From assembly GCA_002633005.1 (NCBI GenBank), contig NMRA01000134.1:286204-350203 (forward strand): DNA of 64,000 nt. The letters are read 5' to 3'. Origin of the DNA: Phoronis australis (taxonomy: Eukaryota > Animalia > Phoronida). The translations under genes were made by a program, and so were the position numbers. The stretch's first letter is position 1. Each line of letters starts with the position of its first letter. Below, one piece after another: positions 23,486 to 38,225 of this stretch. The notes below the pieces were generated by a model, which made no database searches, was not told the origin of the DNA, and was given only the letters and a program-made list of their open reading frames with translations.

Positions 23486-23873
23486 TCGAGGTCTAAACTC
23501 TGTACTCGAAATCAAACTCGAAATTATTTTTGACGTGTTCGTGTCTGCTTTTGCTCGAACACATTATGGTTTATCCATAAGGGTTTCTAGTCCAGGTTTA
23601 CCCTTGATGACCTGGACTTGAAACTCTTATGGATAAACCATAATGCGTTCGTCATACAAACTCTAGTCTTCGAGTAAAAGCTTGAAATTTCGAGTTCAGA
23701 TTCGCCTTAATACTAGGGTCATCAAGTGCAAAGTAAGATTAGGCTGTTATTCAAGTAAGTCATTATGTACTCTAGCATAGAATTTTAGACCCTTATCGTG
23801 AGTTCGAAAAAAAGTAGAATAGAAAATGCCAAAAATAATTTCAAGTTCGCTTTAGTGTCTAAGATAAGACCCC
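23482..23873. mobile_element. Palindromic MITE
   Basis: Ends ggggtc...gacccc with degenerate TIRs. Strong internal hairpin 23556-23651 (cgaacacattatggtttatccataagggtttctagtccagg / cctggacttgaaactcttatggataaaccataatgcgttcg). Confidence 0.55.
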
Positions 23874-24260
23874 GGACCCTGATGACGTAAGCCTGGCACA
23901 CGGTTAGGAAAAAAGTTTAATAATTTATTTCTTCGAGATCGCGGGCTTGGCCAGTTGCTGGATGTAAAGAAATCCTGGGTATTTTGTGGCTTCGGTTTTT
24001 AAGTCAGCTTTGAGTCGGATGTACAATTTTGACAAATTCTAAAGGAAGTTACTTTTAGCACGTGTCCAGATATTCATAAACTTAACATTTTTTGTTAAAG
24101 TCAACGTCTACACCGCTTCTGATGTGAATGACTTCTGTGTTCAAGCCGTGCTATTGGCGAACTTTTTAATATTTATAGAGTGGTTAACGATCTCATTTAC
24201 CAGTGAGCCAAACGCTTACATTTACTCTGTCCCAAGCCTCATTCATCGCTCTATTTACTG

Positions 24261-24277
24261 ACACACTCACACACACA

Positions 24278-24329
<52 letters not shown>
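24261..24329. repeat. (CA)n microsatellite
   Basis: Directly visible. Confidence 0.95.
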
Positions 24330-24334
<5 letters not shown>

Positions 24335-25039
24335 CCATCTTTGTCTGGTGGCCAGAGAGTGATTATATTAAGGCTTCTTTCATTGTGATACGAGGTGAAC
24401 ATAATTATGAACTTCCATATTAAAAAATGGATCATACAAGATGCAACTCGATATCGATACGATGATGCGCTGATGTTTTCACGAAGTGCTAACTGCACAT
24501 TAGATCAAAGGTTCTTTTTTACAAGTTAACAAGAAAATGTACAAAATTTAATTTTTTTTACAGTAACAAACTCTGAACTCACAGTGTTAATTATACAAAG
24601 CAAACGTATTAACAAACGTGACAACTGGACTCCGTTTCATGAAACTTTCTGTCTTAACTGAGCCCGAATTTCCGGGGAGGGGGTTGCCTTAAGAGTCGAT
24701 TTTCATGAAACGGACCCCTGAACTAAATAAAATTAACAATGCCAAAAATTTAGATGTATTGGCATTTTTCTCTGTCGAAATACATTGCGTTTACACGTCT
24801 GACAGGCCAGAACATAATGGCTGTTCATTTAACTTGAAAAACCTCATACTGTACAGTGAACAGGTTATTCTGGGCTCAGTAAATCATCCGTATGTCAGGG
24901 TTGTGGGTGGACGGAGGTCTCCAACTGAGGATGAGAAACAGTAACCTATCGTACCCTATTCATCCTGGGCACAAACATTATAGAGTTACTCTACATTAGT
25001 AAAAACAATCAATTAACGGACTTGCACTAAATGGCAATC

Positions 25040-26050
25040 ATTTCAAAATGATTCCAACTTTTGGAACGTTTTGGAGTATCAGGTCTTAAATTAGACTACA
25101 ATAATATTACAATAATCAGATGGACTATTGTTAAATAACAAAGTCGACGTTAATTTGCATAAAATAAATGACAAGGTGAGTATTTCAAAAGTTTGTGAGG
25201 GGGTTATTTTGGAACAAATCGTGTTGTGTTGAATCTTCTGGATTTGACAGAGAAATTTAAGGCCATAGATGGTGTTTTCAATTTGTGAAAAAGTAGAAAG
25301 AAATTTAACTCCAAGAGGTTAAGTTATAATTACTAGAACTTTTGCCCCGGCAAAACAAATTTATGAAATATCTGTTTCAGGTCTACCACATCAGTTTGTC
25401 AAGCCCATAAGTAGTCTTATGTCAGATTTTATATGGGATGGAAAACCTTGCAAAATAAAACAGTAACAATATCAACTTTGGAAAATTGGGGCATAAAATA
25501 CATTGACATGATTTTAACTGAATCTTGAAAGCAATATCACATGGAAACGGCAGCTGGAAGTTTTTTCCGTTGTATTTGTTGAGACAACTTGAGGACAATA
25601 TTTGATTTTTCCACAAAATTTAACTCGATAAATTATGGACCCCTTTTAAACAGGAATTTCAGACTTTCGGCTGAACTATTCTAGACATGAAAATATGCTT
25701 TTAAAGAACAGGGTTTTTGACATAATGTTTGTTATTCATCGTGACAAATCTTTACAGTGACGAAGTGACGAATTAAAGCAGGTTAAATCTATGTAAATCA
25801 TTTCTTTGATGACCAGAACAAATTACTCTCTTGGGAGGTATTGAAAACTGCATGAAAATTATAATGTTATTCCTTTTCGATGGCCAATTCAATTTTTGCA
25901 ACCTCATTTTCATTTAAACGTACATGTAAGCCTACCAGCAATTCCAGGAAGTTAGAATGTAATAATTTTATTTTTGTGTTACCCAGAAAACATCTGCTGC
26001 TTGGCATACAAATTTCCTTCACATACAACTAAACCATGCAAAAATAGCGT
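25040..26050 (+). pseudogene. Highly decayed L1/Tx1-clade RT fragment
   Basis: Residual motifs FGVSGLKL, LTPRG*VIITRTF and FIWDGKP..IK in the expected order. Confidence 0.5.
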
Positions 26051-26104
26051 TTTATTATGATGAGAAGAAGTTGAAAACCATATACATCGTTCTCCCTCAT
26101 ACTA

Positions 26105-26324
26105 CATGAGCGCACCCAGGTGGGTCCATTTGGCGAAGCAGGCGAAAAGGTCCGCCTTGGAGAAACAAAACATACCGAGAAAACGAGACAAAAGTCCACT
26201 GAAAAGGCACAGACGCACAGTGAAGGTGGTACCCCGTTTTTTTAGTCCTCCCTTTTTTTGTCAGTAAAAGGTCCACATCGCCAGAAATTCGAGCGCCCCA
26301 TATTAAAGGCTGGGTGCGCGCATG
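26105..26324. mobile_element. hAT5-like MITE with perfect 5-bp TSD
   Basis: TIR CATG(A/C)GCGCACCCAG, with TACTA on both flanks. Confidence 0.75.
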
Positions 26325-28214
26325 TACTAGAATCCACTATAAAAATTACGACTTTATTAAATGAAATGGGAGACAATAATCAGTGTCCCTAGTGTGACGA
26401 AGTACAAAATTACAGACAATAACCTGAGTGTCCCCTAATGTAGGAAACACAAAGCGACGGAGAGCTGAACTGGCGCCCCCTAGGGCGATGAAGTTCAAAA
26501 CTTTGATCATGCGTTTTTATCTTCAATTACTTTTGAATAAATCTTTTTCCATCAAAATCAATCATGGCAAATACGATAAAGTGACGAGCACATGACAGCG
26601 TCGTTTTTTTTTAAATTTGAAACTGAAGGTAAAATGCTTCGACATCAACAGAAATTCAAAATCTTTACGAACAAGTCGTAAAAATGCCTAGTGAACAGTT
26701 TGACTTCTGTTTCAGTGGCAGAGAAACACTTTGAATAATGTAGTTTAGTCTGCTTTGCACGTTATATGCCAATTTGCCGGTAGTAACTGTGAACTATTCC
26801 TGACATATTAAACGAATAATGGAAAATTGGCGGTATTTTTTACAAGTAGAAGTTTTTCATAGTTGATTTGTGTGTAGAGAGTTTAATTATCTCAAGTTAT
26901 GCAAAGTGGTCCGAGAAAAGAAAACGGTGTGCGAGGGTATAGAATAACCGTTGCAACCAAGAAATAATGTGCGGGGCCATGGTCGGTCCGTGCGCCAGCC
27001 GAGAAATATGTCCGTGGGACGTGAAAAGTAGCCCGGGAGGGAGAATCATCAGCGAAAGGAGAATATCGTCCGCGGTGTGCTGGCCGGCCGCAGCCGCGCG
27101 CGGCAGGGAAGTATATGTCAACTCCGACGTTTCACGCTCATAAAAAACAGTGCCTCGCTCCTACAATGTCTACCAGCGGACTAACGACCTTTGTTCTTTA
27201 CACAATTTCGTGTTATTCGTCGTATGCGTCACGCAAGGAATATACACAATTGATGCGTTTTGTAACGTGAAATAAAATAAAATATTTCACCTTCCTTCGT
27301 ACCCATCTGACTAGAGCAGATGAATATCGGGAGAGAAAACAGACATTATATTATTGATAGTCTAAACTTAAGTAAATATTTAATTGAAATTGCCAACAGG
27401 CATTATGTATGTGATATGTTGCGCGGCGCTTTCAGGTGATAAGCATGTAAACCATTTCTTGCAATAGACCATTCATCATGGCGACAATTAAAAAGTACAA
27501 CATCGCTAAATTTTATATGAACCTGCAGTACTAGGTTCAGTTGTGATCTATTACATACCTAAATTAGAAAGTACAACATTTCATCAATAAAAGTTTTTTC
27601 ACGAATTTCTCCAAATGGCAAGGAAAATATGAAAAGTCGTCGTGAAAGCTGCATTTTGCGGTCGCACTCCACTTCTGAGGTGGTGCGAAGGGTCAGAACT
27701 GGAAATTCTGGGGTAGGGAGAACGGAGGCCGAGGAGGCGGAGGTGCATTTGAGGATGGTCTCCACTGTGGAAAGTAAACGGAGAGGCTTTACCGAAAAAA
27801 GTGAGACCTAGTTACTCTATGATGGGTAGTTCTCCTCTTCCGACGCCCAGGCCGGATATTCTTGCCGGGTACGTCGCCATCAGGGCGAACCGGCGGTTGC
27901 CGTCACACGTCATGAAGTGACATCTTATAATGCAAGCTGAAAACTTTCTTTCAAAGACAACGTTTGATTTAAACCAACTTGTAAAATGGTCTCATCTTAT
28001 TCCGTTGTCAGTTTAGAAGAAGAAGAGATCTTTAGGCTCTAGCGGATAATCCCGACCAACGTGTCCGTCACCCCATAGAGGCAGGCATCCGCCCGGCCTG
28101 TACTGAGCCCTGGAGGCGTCAGCATCGGTCAACATTTCAAAATTTCCGACCGAGCTGAAACGTTCAATCCGTGACCTGAAACATATTACACCTGTTCTGA
28201 AACAGTAACCGTAC

Positions 28215-28397
28215 CAGTGGCGGATTTAAAGGGAGGGGGAAGGGGGGCATGCTCCCCCGCCGGGCTAAAACTCTCCCCCGGCATTGAGATTCCAGTGGCC
28301 GCAGTTCGCCGGGGTGTGCGAATGGCTGACGGGCAAAATCCTGACAAATACTCAGCTCTGCCCCCCCCCCCAACTAAAAGTCCGGTATCCGCCCCTG
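28215..28397. mobile_element. hAT5-like MITE (same family as 20370-20522)
   Basis: CAGTGGCGGAT...ATCCGCCCCTG, flanks cgtac/cgcac, shared core. Confidence 0.7.
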
Positions 28398-28669
28398 CGC
28401 ACATAGTTCTTCCCAACGGGCCGGTTCCTTGCGAAATTAGTTTTTCAGGGTTCAAGTTCATGTTTCACTGAATATTAGGGCTGCTGCACCCGGCCGGCGG
28501 TTTTACCGGAATGTCGTGCCAATTTACATTTCTCCGGAGCTGAATTTTCTTTCGTCTTTTCTTCAATACGAATGTAGAATTAAAACTTGTAGGCCTCCTA
28601 GAAACCTGAGTTCTGTGCATATTTGCACCCGAGATTAACCCCAGTCAGTCCCTAAAAGACAACTCGAGA

Positions 28670-28765
28670 ACTTCAAAACCAATGGCAAACAACTGACCTA
28701 CCACGTGACCGAAGGCCCGGAAAGGTCGTCGATAGGATTTTGGTTCAAGCTCAGTGCAGGTAACA
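28670..28765 (+). promoter_or_regulatory. Putative promoter and first non-coding exon of the troponin T-like gene
   Basis: CCAAT (28679), E-box CCACGTGAC (28701), ETS-like CCGGAA (28717), then donor CAG|GTAACA at 28760. Sits at the right edge of a CpG-rich block; CpG-poor sequence follows. Confidence 0.4.
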
Positions 28766-31700
28766 ATGTGTGGATTGCTTTCTCACTGTGTTTAGCATAT
28801 TGGTGATTTTCTGGACATGTGCGTAATTTATGCCATCGTGTTTCCTCGTTTACCTTGCTCCGTAACTTTGATCGTCGATCTGGAGTTTCGGAGCCGGGCG
28901 CCGTCTTTAGTAGGCCCTAGCCAAGTTGTGATTTTCAACATGGCCGTTTGTTTACCTTTCCGACCGGCTTCATACTGGCTTACTCCCCTGTTTCCGTTGG
29001 GCGGACTTATAATCGTCGATGAAAGTTTGCAAGGTTATTAGTATTCACTTTGTAGCCTGCAGTTTAGCATTCGGATTCGGTATGTAAAGTTTGAGCCGAC
29101 TCGGCTTTCTGCGCTATGAGTGACTACTGTCATACATAGAGTTTCTTAGAGACTTAGACTTAACTCAGGGGGCAGTCGTCAATATTTTTGACAAGGTGTG
29201 CTGTTGGGAAATGTGAATACCCTATGCCATTTTCGTGAGCCAGTACGACAAAACCTCACTGATTTAAATGGAATCATTTGTTGAGAGCTTTTAAATTTTG
29301 AGAAATCATTCCTAAAGTTATAAATTTCTCAAACTTATTAGGATTTGAGTCTTCCAAATGCTTCTTGTATTAAAAGTGAATAAACAACCTCATACCTTTC
29401 ATTAGTTTTAAAACAACAAACCTCAATGTGATTGCAAAATCTTTCTGAGGAGTTTTGTTGCAAAATGTATCCGTTGGGGATTTCTACACCCAAAGGCTAC
29501 GATAGTCACTGCTCATCTGAGTTTTATATGCTACCTATGTACAGTAGCACCTGCCTTGATCAGGTATAACTTCTTCAAAAAGCCTATGTTATTTATTTGA
29601 TTAAAATTCAATTTAAACAAAGCATTGAATGGGTGTCTTCTTAACCCAACAGACCGAGATATAAGCCTTGTGTACAGTTCTGGTTCTATAAAGCATCCTA
29701 AAGCTTTTTACTCCTAAGGTGAACTCTTTTACAGAGTTTCTGGCAATAGCCACTTACAGAGGTCTCAGATTTCGACAACCCCTTTGATGTCCACTTTTCA
29801 GTGGAGAAAATTGGTTCAGCTCAAAATGTGGACCCCCTGTGAGTAGTGAACTAGCAGTACTTTCAATGGTCCATTTATGATCATAGGGAAGTAATTATTG
29901 GAAAAGCCATCCATTAAAATCAGTTAAATGAGACTTTGAGATAATTTGTACTGTTTTCAACCCTGTCTGCAGGTGACATATTGTGACCTACTGTATCTAC
30001 CAAGTTCTGTATTGTTACCTAGGCCCATTAACTTCAATGTTTTTGTTCATAACACTTTCACATTGTGTGAACTAGGGGTTGCCCACAAAGGCCAGTCACA
30101 AAAGAGACTGGCCAAGTCAACATCCTATTTGCTCACATTATTAAGGTTAAATTAAGCTTGAAGAGGTGAAACATCTGAGAGGCCTAGCATGGGCTGATTA
30201 ACAGAAGAAGTATTTTTATTGATGCAATTTGTAAACACCCTATTGTGTATTAATACTGAGCAATGGGTTTTGAGCTCCAGGTTTGACTGTAGTAGGAATG
30301 TTTATCTGCAGTGGTGTCCCACTGGTCCTTTGGTTGGTGTTTAAAATTCACAAATCTTTAAAAAACGCATTAATTTATTGTGAGCGTTGTTTGTCCATTC
30401 CGACTTATAGATGAGGTGATGATGGGTATCCCAGGGTATTACCTACTTAGCTGTGAATTATATTGGAGGAAGGTGGATTTGTATCTCAGGTATCCTGGAT
30501 GGTTACTGGGATTTTCCATAGATTTATATGCACATGGCCGTGTTTTCGGAAAATGGAAATTTCAGGCATTTTAGTTACACCAAATAAACCCCCAGGCGTT
30601 TATTAATAAAAGGGGGCGTGCAAACAGAAAGTCATAGTTTTGTTGACTTAGACATTTTTACTTAAAACTGTGTCTTTAAATTTTATGTTTATAAATGCAA
30701 AGTTCTCCAACATCTTATTTATTTATTTATTATTTATTAATGTAATATTTACAATGAGGGTAGCCCCATCAGTTCACCCTGCTTTCCATGGGGTCCTTGT
30801 TCAGTTTTTTAAATGATAAGTGCTCCATAAAACTGAATTTGTGACAAAAAGTTGCCGGGGAGTGGGCTTTTAAGAGGAAATTTTCTGAATAAATGTCCCA
30901 CTATCTGGATACTTGACACCAGAAGTTGCAATACCAAATAAATGCCCATGGGCGTCTTAAGTCACAACGGGATTCCGAACTCTTGATTCATTTTCAACTG
31001 TCAAAATATTTTGGATAATGCAAATTTGTCCTGAGTGAAGTCTACAAATTTAGGAAAAACCAGTCATCAGTCATGGAATAGAATAAGAAAGATGGTTCAT
31101 TTTTGTGATCAGTTCCAACCTAGATGAGTGAGTTTGGAATCGATACCTTTTAGCAAGTTCATATTTAATGCTCATTTGATGATACAAAGTCAACCAACTG
31201 AAATATTCACCTTCCATCTAGCTGCGATATCTTCTTTGTATTCACAGCCGTCATTCTGACTTTGGTAATCCACATTGTATATTGCTCTTTAAAACAAGAA
31301 CACAGCACAAAAAAGTAAAGTTGAATACAAAGCCCCCCCCCCCCCTTTTGAAGCAATACCTAACGTGAAATATTCTCTGGAGGTTGGAAGTGATACCCAA
31401 GATGGTGAAACAGTTATTTGACTCAGTGACACATTCCACCTTCTGGCTATCATCTTAACCCTTCATTTGACTTACTGTAACCTAGTAGTACATTCTGTCC
31501 TCCATCACATGCTCACCTACAGATTTTACATAAGGTCAAACATTTCTTAGTTGTTCATTGACTCCAATCTGGATGAAGGTGATAATTTGAACCTCTATTT
31601 TTGACAAATATTAAGTAAAGATAACTGAGGACCTGACTTGTGATTGACTGCTTAGCAAATTAGGCATTTTAACAAGGCCTGTACTCTTTAATGTCTGGAT

Positions 31701-34700
31701 AAAAAGTGTGTGTTGTGCTAAATAGTAATGTCTCTGCTTGCTAATCTTTCATGTGTCTTGTGTTTCCTGGCTACAGTTTACTTGAAAAGGTAGACAGACT
31801 TAGTAAATGTACACATTAGCCTTGTTTAAAATATGTTTAAAAGCATAGGGACTGAAGAATCTAAAGTTAACATGTTTGTCATGTATTGTTAAATAGGCAT
31901 TAATGAGTGTTAAAACATCATGTGAATTTGTTTTCTAATATTTACAAAACTTCTTAAATTAGTATATCCCTTGAAAAAACTCGTTATATGGAGCTTCACA
32001 ATTTCATGTTGTCCAATCGAACACTGGTTCAATGTGTTTATTATATGTAAATTCTCAAAAAATGCTGATGTTCAGTTTACACAGGAAATCTGTCTTCTTA
32101 TCCTAAGAAGCCAAAATCAGATTGTGGTTAGGGTCTGTGTACAGTATGATGATGATTAGATTGAGTGGCATTGCACAGGGAAGTGTCATGCAGAAGCTGT
32201 ATGCTGCATGGCCTATGTCACCCCTTGGTATACAGTGCAGGCTGGCTGAACAGCCAACTTGTGCCAAATGCGACCTGGCCAAATTCACAGATTTTGAGCC
32301 GACATGGGAATTTTACCAGGCCCAAAACCTGAGGTGGCATTGGCTTCCTAAGTCGACAAATCAAGCCCTGCAGCATTAAATATCTTTTTGACCTTTTGTA
32401 TTAATTTCCATTTCTATTGCTCCATGTGTGTCCTGAAAGTGATTTATAACTTGATTGACCTACAAACAAATCTTCACTGGAGTCATAGTTCCATCACTCT
32501 GACCTTGATTTGCCCAGTGTTCATTAAAATTGACATTTTAAACTGATGGCTTTTGAGGTTTTTTGAGTCGAGTCTGTTTTAAAATCATTTGATTGTAATT
32601 ACAAGTGTTGGTTAGCCAAGCCAATTAGCCATTTTTTCACAGCTTCTACTCATTAACTTAGTGACCTGCTTGTGTAAACCTGTAGCAGCACTCATTCTTT
32701 GTGTTACTCATCAACAGACAGACTATGATATCTCTAAGGAAGTGTCCTCCTTATTCACTCAATATCAGCACGAGACTACCATACACTTTTTCATTATTAA
32801 AATACCACTTGTTTGCCATGTCTTGTGCTGAAGGATAGCATTCACTGTATGTCTTCTGTTTTTGTGAAAGAAGATATAAAAAAATCATCTTCATTTCATT
32901 CCTCTAATTTTACAGTTTCTCTAGAGGAAATACCATTGGTCATTACAAAGCCAGAATTGAATGTTGAACATTATACTTAAATTGCGTCTTTTGTAGGACA
33001 CCACCTTCTTCGTGTAAAAGTCCTGTTTACAGAATGGCTAAGCTGTAAGTATCCACTGATACACTCAATCTCCTGAAGTCTGCAAGTGCTCTGAGTTAAA
33101 GTACTTCATTCTCTTCAAAACTCTCTGAAAACAATTACTGAATTTTCCAATGCCCTGGACAGTAATGTTCATGACATGCATTGTATATCAGAATTGCATG
33201 GACTTGTGTATTCACAAGTCAAACTTGAGTTGCTTTAAAAAACAGGAAACATGGAGCTCCTCACAGAACCATAGGAACTGGCCTCTTGTACAAGTCAGGG
33301 ATTTGGCTTAGGTATTTGTGTCGCTTGGTTATATCGTCATGTGACAAACTTTTGCAGAGATGATTGGTGGGTTAAGAAACATAAACAACGAAGGTAGGAC
33401 TTATTGAGGTTCGTTATCTCAAGCATGTGATTGAATAGACCAATCCCAATATTAGCAACAAGTCTTTTGTGAGGAAGGTTCAGAAAAAGTAGCAAGATTG
33501 ACTATTTCCCAATCAGGTTGCTCCCAAAATGTCATTTTCGTTTCAAAAACATGCATGCGATCCCAAGTTTTTTCAATAATGATTGATTTTTTCGTATTGA
33601 GAATGAGCCTGTTATCAGGTAGCGTATAAGTTATGTTCAAGCACAGTGTATGTCTTGAAGCGTGACAGTATATCAACCCACTGCCCCATACACATTATGG
33701 GTGATTTCCCCTAAAATCCCTTCAGCGAATTCTGTACATTATTGGGATTGGTAGATTTGATCTTACTGTTGAATGCCATCATATAATGCTGCTTAGACTG
33801 TCTCCATGGGCTGGGTGCTTTATTTACCTGCTGCTGTCTAGGAGGGTGCGACCTGTGGCTAGATGTGCAATCTCATTTCAATGTCTGGTAAGCTTGGTTT
33901 TGGTGAATGGGCATCGTGCTTGCTTCTATTGGCAACTGCTATTATACTGGTGCAGTCATATTGCTGAAACAATGTATTATTTAGAGCACTGTGAATGAGT
34001 GTTCATGTAAAAGGTTCACACTAGTCTTGTTGCTGTGACATATGTTCACCAAGAGTCTATCAGATGAGGTGAAATATACTAGCCCAGACCTTACAAATGT
34101 CTATGATATCAGATAAAAGAAAAATAGATCCACCTCAGACTATAAGAAAAATAACCGCCAACTTGACACTACTTCCCTCCAACCCCTATGTGGGGGCGCC
34201 CCCTGTAGATTATACTTTCTTACCGGTGTATCATTTTTATGCACCTCCAATCATGTTCACAATTGTTTTACAGAACAAACGGACATTCCTCAGGTTGTAT
34301 GTTTGTGTTGTGTTGAATTACGGTTGATCTTCATTTGTAGACAAATAAGTGTGTCGTGAGTCATGTACTGGCTTGAGAGTTCACTGCACGGAAAGTTGTT
34401 TGATGTCCTTTTATTAAGTAAAATCACAGTTAAAATGTGCTTCAGTCATTTTATGACTATCTTTTCAGATGCTATGGTGGAAACATCACTGGTTTAACAC
34501 CTTGAACTTCTGCTTGTGTGTGCAAATTTTTATTACTTTGGGCAAGAATAATGGTTCACAGAAAGGATTTTAGTGCCATTTCCATGTAGTTTAAAACCCC
34601 TCTAAGTATTTCAGAAAAAAATCACATGGGATTAATTCCACAAACAGCCATGTCTCCAAAGGATTCATGAATACCTGAAAGTTATGTTGCCCCTATTGGC

Positions 34701-36624
34701 AGACACTGTTACTATACTACACAGTCAGTGCGGTACAAGTATGCCCCAACACATGTAGTGTTATGATTCGTTTTAATTGAACCAACAAATCAATAGGCCA
34801 AGAATAAAGTTTTCTGCTATTAATCCAGCGGAATTTGTTGGAATTCAGAATCCCGGCAAACATTTTTTTCTAGTGAAAATTTGCTCGAAAAATACACAGG
34901 ATTATTTTGAGCAAATTTCACATGGGAACGACACTACTGTAATGTGGTTTGGTCAGTGACTTAGTGTACTAAGTTTATTTTGTGACATCCATCACCAGGT
35001 GGCATACTAAGTGTACATGAAAACTCTACACTTATACTGTCAAGTGTATTTCAATTTTCCTGGCTTTTTTGCACTTTGGATGATGTAGGCAACATTTTTT
35101 AGGGGCCCTCGGGATTTTTTAAAAATCAAATGGTGTACCAGTAGCACCAGTTAAAAGGGAATATTCAAACATCTTTGAGTTGTTTTGGAGCCTGCTAGGC
35201 AGAGCTGGAACTGAATTCTTAAACTGCCAGCGTAGAAGCCGCAAATGTGAACACTGCATGACGAGAGAAATTGTTTTCCTGATTGTTTTAAGCCTCACTG
35301 TGTTATTGGTGTACAATAACTTCTAACACCTCTCCCTAATGCATGTGTTTGTTGAAGCATGTCTTCTCATTGGATGTTTCATGAAGCCTGTTGAGTCATA
35401 ACAGATTTAGTATCTGCATGTTGCTTCAGTGTTCTTTGAAAATTGATTTAATTGATGCCTTGGTCATGTATCAGTTAATACTCAGTGGATCGTCAATTGA
35501 ACTCTAACTCAATGACCAACATGTTATGGGATCGACAGTACTGATTCATGATGTTGACAACAGTTTGGTGGCCTGTTAGTCGTTACAATTATTTTTGGAT
35601 TATCGAGGGAATGTGTGACGGAGGCATATTCTCTGAGATATAGCTGAAGTGAGATTTGTATTGTTCATTAACGATCATTTTTGTTGTGTGGCATGAAAGA
35701 TGATATTTCATCCCACCTTTTGTGAAGCAGCACACGTAGTCTGGCAGTTCAGAGGACTGCTTGATTTGTCTTCTATATGAGCATTTTAGAGTGTTTTATA
35801 TGCAAGAAATCAATATTCTAAACTGACCAAATTAAGATTCATTTGGTTTTGAAATGTGGACATGTTTGCTAAAAATTGTGCTTTATTTAAAAAACTGACA
35901 CAGAACTCTTCAAATGCTAAAAAGGGTTGAGGAGAACTCTAGCCATTCTAATATCTTTATAAAAGCTCCAAGTCAGAGTGTCTGTTCTCAATAGAACACA
36001 TAGCAGTGCCCTTGGTCGAGTTCAAGTCCTTTTCTATGGCTAATTGGATAATTTGTCTAGTAAAATATAGTAAGTACTATCATCCAACAATAGACCTTTC
36101 TTGAGGACACTGATCTACAGGTAAGTGTTGCTGTGACTGTTCTCTGGCATCTTAAATGTACACTTTGAATGGTTCACTGGTATAACATATATAACTGCTA
36201 TTAAAATGATTTGTGTATTGACCTGTCACTAACCTGCAACTGGAAAGAAAGTTCAGTAGAAAATACTGTCTTGGACTTCTGCATTGTAAAAGTAGAGAAA
36301 TTCTTTATGTATTACACACAAAAATAATTCTCAGAATTGTCATTTTGACTTTTAGTAAGACTGACTGCCTTGCAAGAATTGGATCAAAAATTGAGAATTG
36401 TGATTGAATCAAATTCCACTTTTTCCCCACTGTGTATTTGGAATTACCACAAATGAAAATACATGTTGATACGTGTCAAAATTATTATGTTTTTGTGTTG
36501 GTATATTAGATTGGGTTATTCAAGCTTCGTTTGACCAAGAATGTTTCTGTACAAGTCTTTTGATATATTTGCACACACCACCTTTAATTGATTTCATTTT
36601 GTCATCTTTCTGATTTACAGAGAT

Positions 36625-36654
36625 ATGTCAGAGGTGGAAACCGTTGCCTATGAG
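36625..36654 (+). CDS. TnT: Troponin T-like, first coding exon (MSEVETVAYE)
   Basis: Acceptor tttacAG at 36620, ATG at 36625, phase-0 donor GAG|GTGAGT. A further UTR donor CAG|GTAAGT lies at 36121. Confidence 0.6.
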
Positions 36655-37745
36655 GTGAGTTGTTTACCTTACGTTCTCGCCTACTTTGACAGGAAAAAAT
36701 AGATTTTCCAAATTGTTGTCTTTCCTTTCACATTATTCACAATAGCTTATAGTATTGCCACGAATATTAAGTGATAGAAGCTGTGGAAGCAAATTTGAAA
36801 ATGGTTAAAGCATAACTAAGGGCTGCTTATCTTAATTTACTTGCCAGTCATCTTGTCGGCCATTCTGTAACTACACGTACCTGTTACCTGTTTAGATAAA
36901 GGTTCGCCATTGTTGGCCAGGAGAATACCAAACTGTTCTTGGCCCAAGTCAATTTGAACACTTGCAATGTGATTGGTGCGTTTTTCAGTTTCGTCTCAAG
37001 TAAGGTTTGGTGACAGTTAAGACGAGTTGCCTTATGCTAATAGGACGTTTTAGGATCAGTATTTTTATCGAATCTTGACGGTGTGCATTCTTTACACCTG
37101 CAATTTTTTATGCATAATGAGCACGGGGGCTTGCTATTGAAGAAGTTGATAAATAAAAAACTAAAACCTATTTAAAAAATCTGCGATGGTTCCCTCAAAA
37201 ATGCCATTATCAACATGCTGACAAAAAACCAGGAGGAAGAATACTTTTAAAACCTCTGTTCAAAGTCAATTTTTTTAATAAAAAATAAAGACAAATACAC
37301 AAGAATAATAAATTAGGCTAGGAAATTTATTCACCTTTAAGAAAGTATGTACTTTGTAAGGTTAAAGCTAACGGAATTTAAGATATTTGCACATAAGTAC
37401 AACCTGGTAAACAAGGTTCACGGTTACGTTAAGCAGTCTCTGAAGAGCTTGAGCAAACATGCTCACAGTGACTTTCACCACTTCTCTGTACACATTGTTT
37501 TGACCTTGGCATCAACCAGTTTCAGTAGGTTAGTGATGCTAAGTAAGAAGTTGTTTACCTTTTCATATGGAAATGTCTTAAAAATTTTCAGACAAATTTC
37601 TAATGCTTACAGACTTCCAACTCAAAATTACTTCTAGTTTTCTAGTATCTGCATTTGCCTGTATTTATTTTTGCTTAGAATTGTTTCTCACTGGAGTTTC
37701 TAAAGGGAGCTAATACAATCTTGTCTGGTAATACAACTGACTTAG

Positions 37746-38225
37746 GGGCCTGTCATACTAACGTCGATTCGTCGATGTTTTGGGGAATTGCGGTCAGTAT
37801 GAATGGATCGGTCCTGGATCGAAGTTAACAGCGCCAGTTAACTTTGCACTAAACAGGTGGAATTCATAGCGCAGCGTCGACGCTGTGGTGCAGTATGAAC
37901 GGTCTACTTCGGTCCCATCGAAGTTATCGCCAGGTGTCACTGTTATCGTCAACAACTAAAGGGTAGCGTAGTCACTACTAGTTATAATATTTTGCTCGAA
38001 TAATCACCAATCGAATTAAAAATAAGTTTCATGTTTCCAAATTGTCACAGTTAAAGAAACCTTAGCATGCAGCGCTACCTTGCAATTACTTCGATGGCAA
38101 CAGCGTCACCTTCCGTTTACTTCGATGTTCGTTAACTACTGAAGCCAGTGTGAACGGTTTAGTTAACTTCGCAGTTTACGTCGATGCCCCACTCAGAGCG
38201 GACTTAAGTCGGTATGAAAAGGCCT
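37746..38225. mobile_element. PIF/Harbinger-like MITE
   Basis: Imperfect TIR ggcctgtcatac / gtatgaaaaggcc. CpG-rich island in a CpG-poor intron. Confidence 0.55.
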
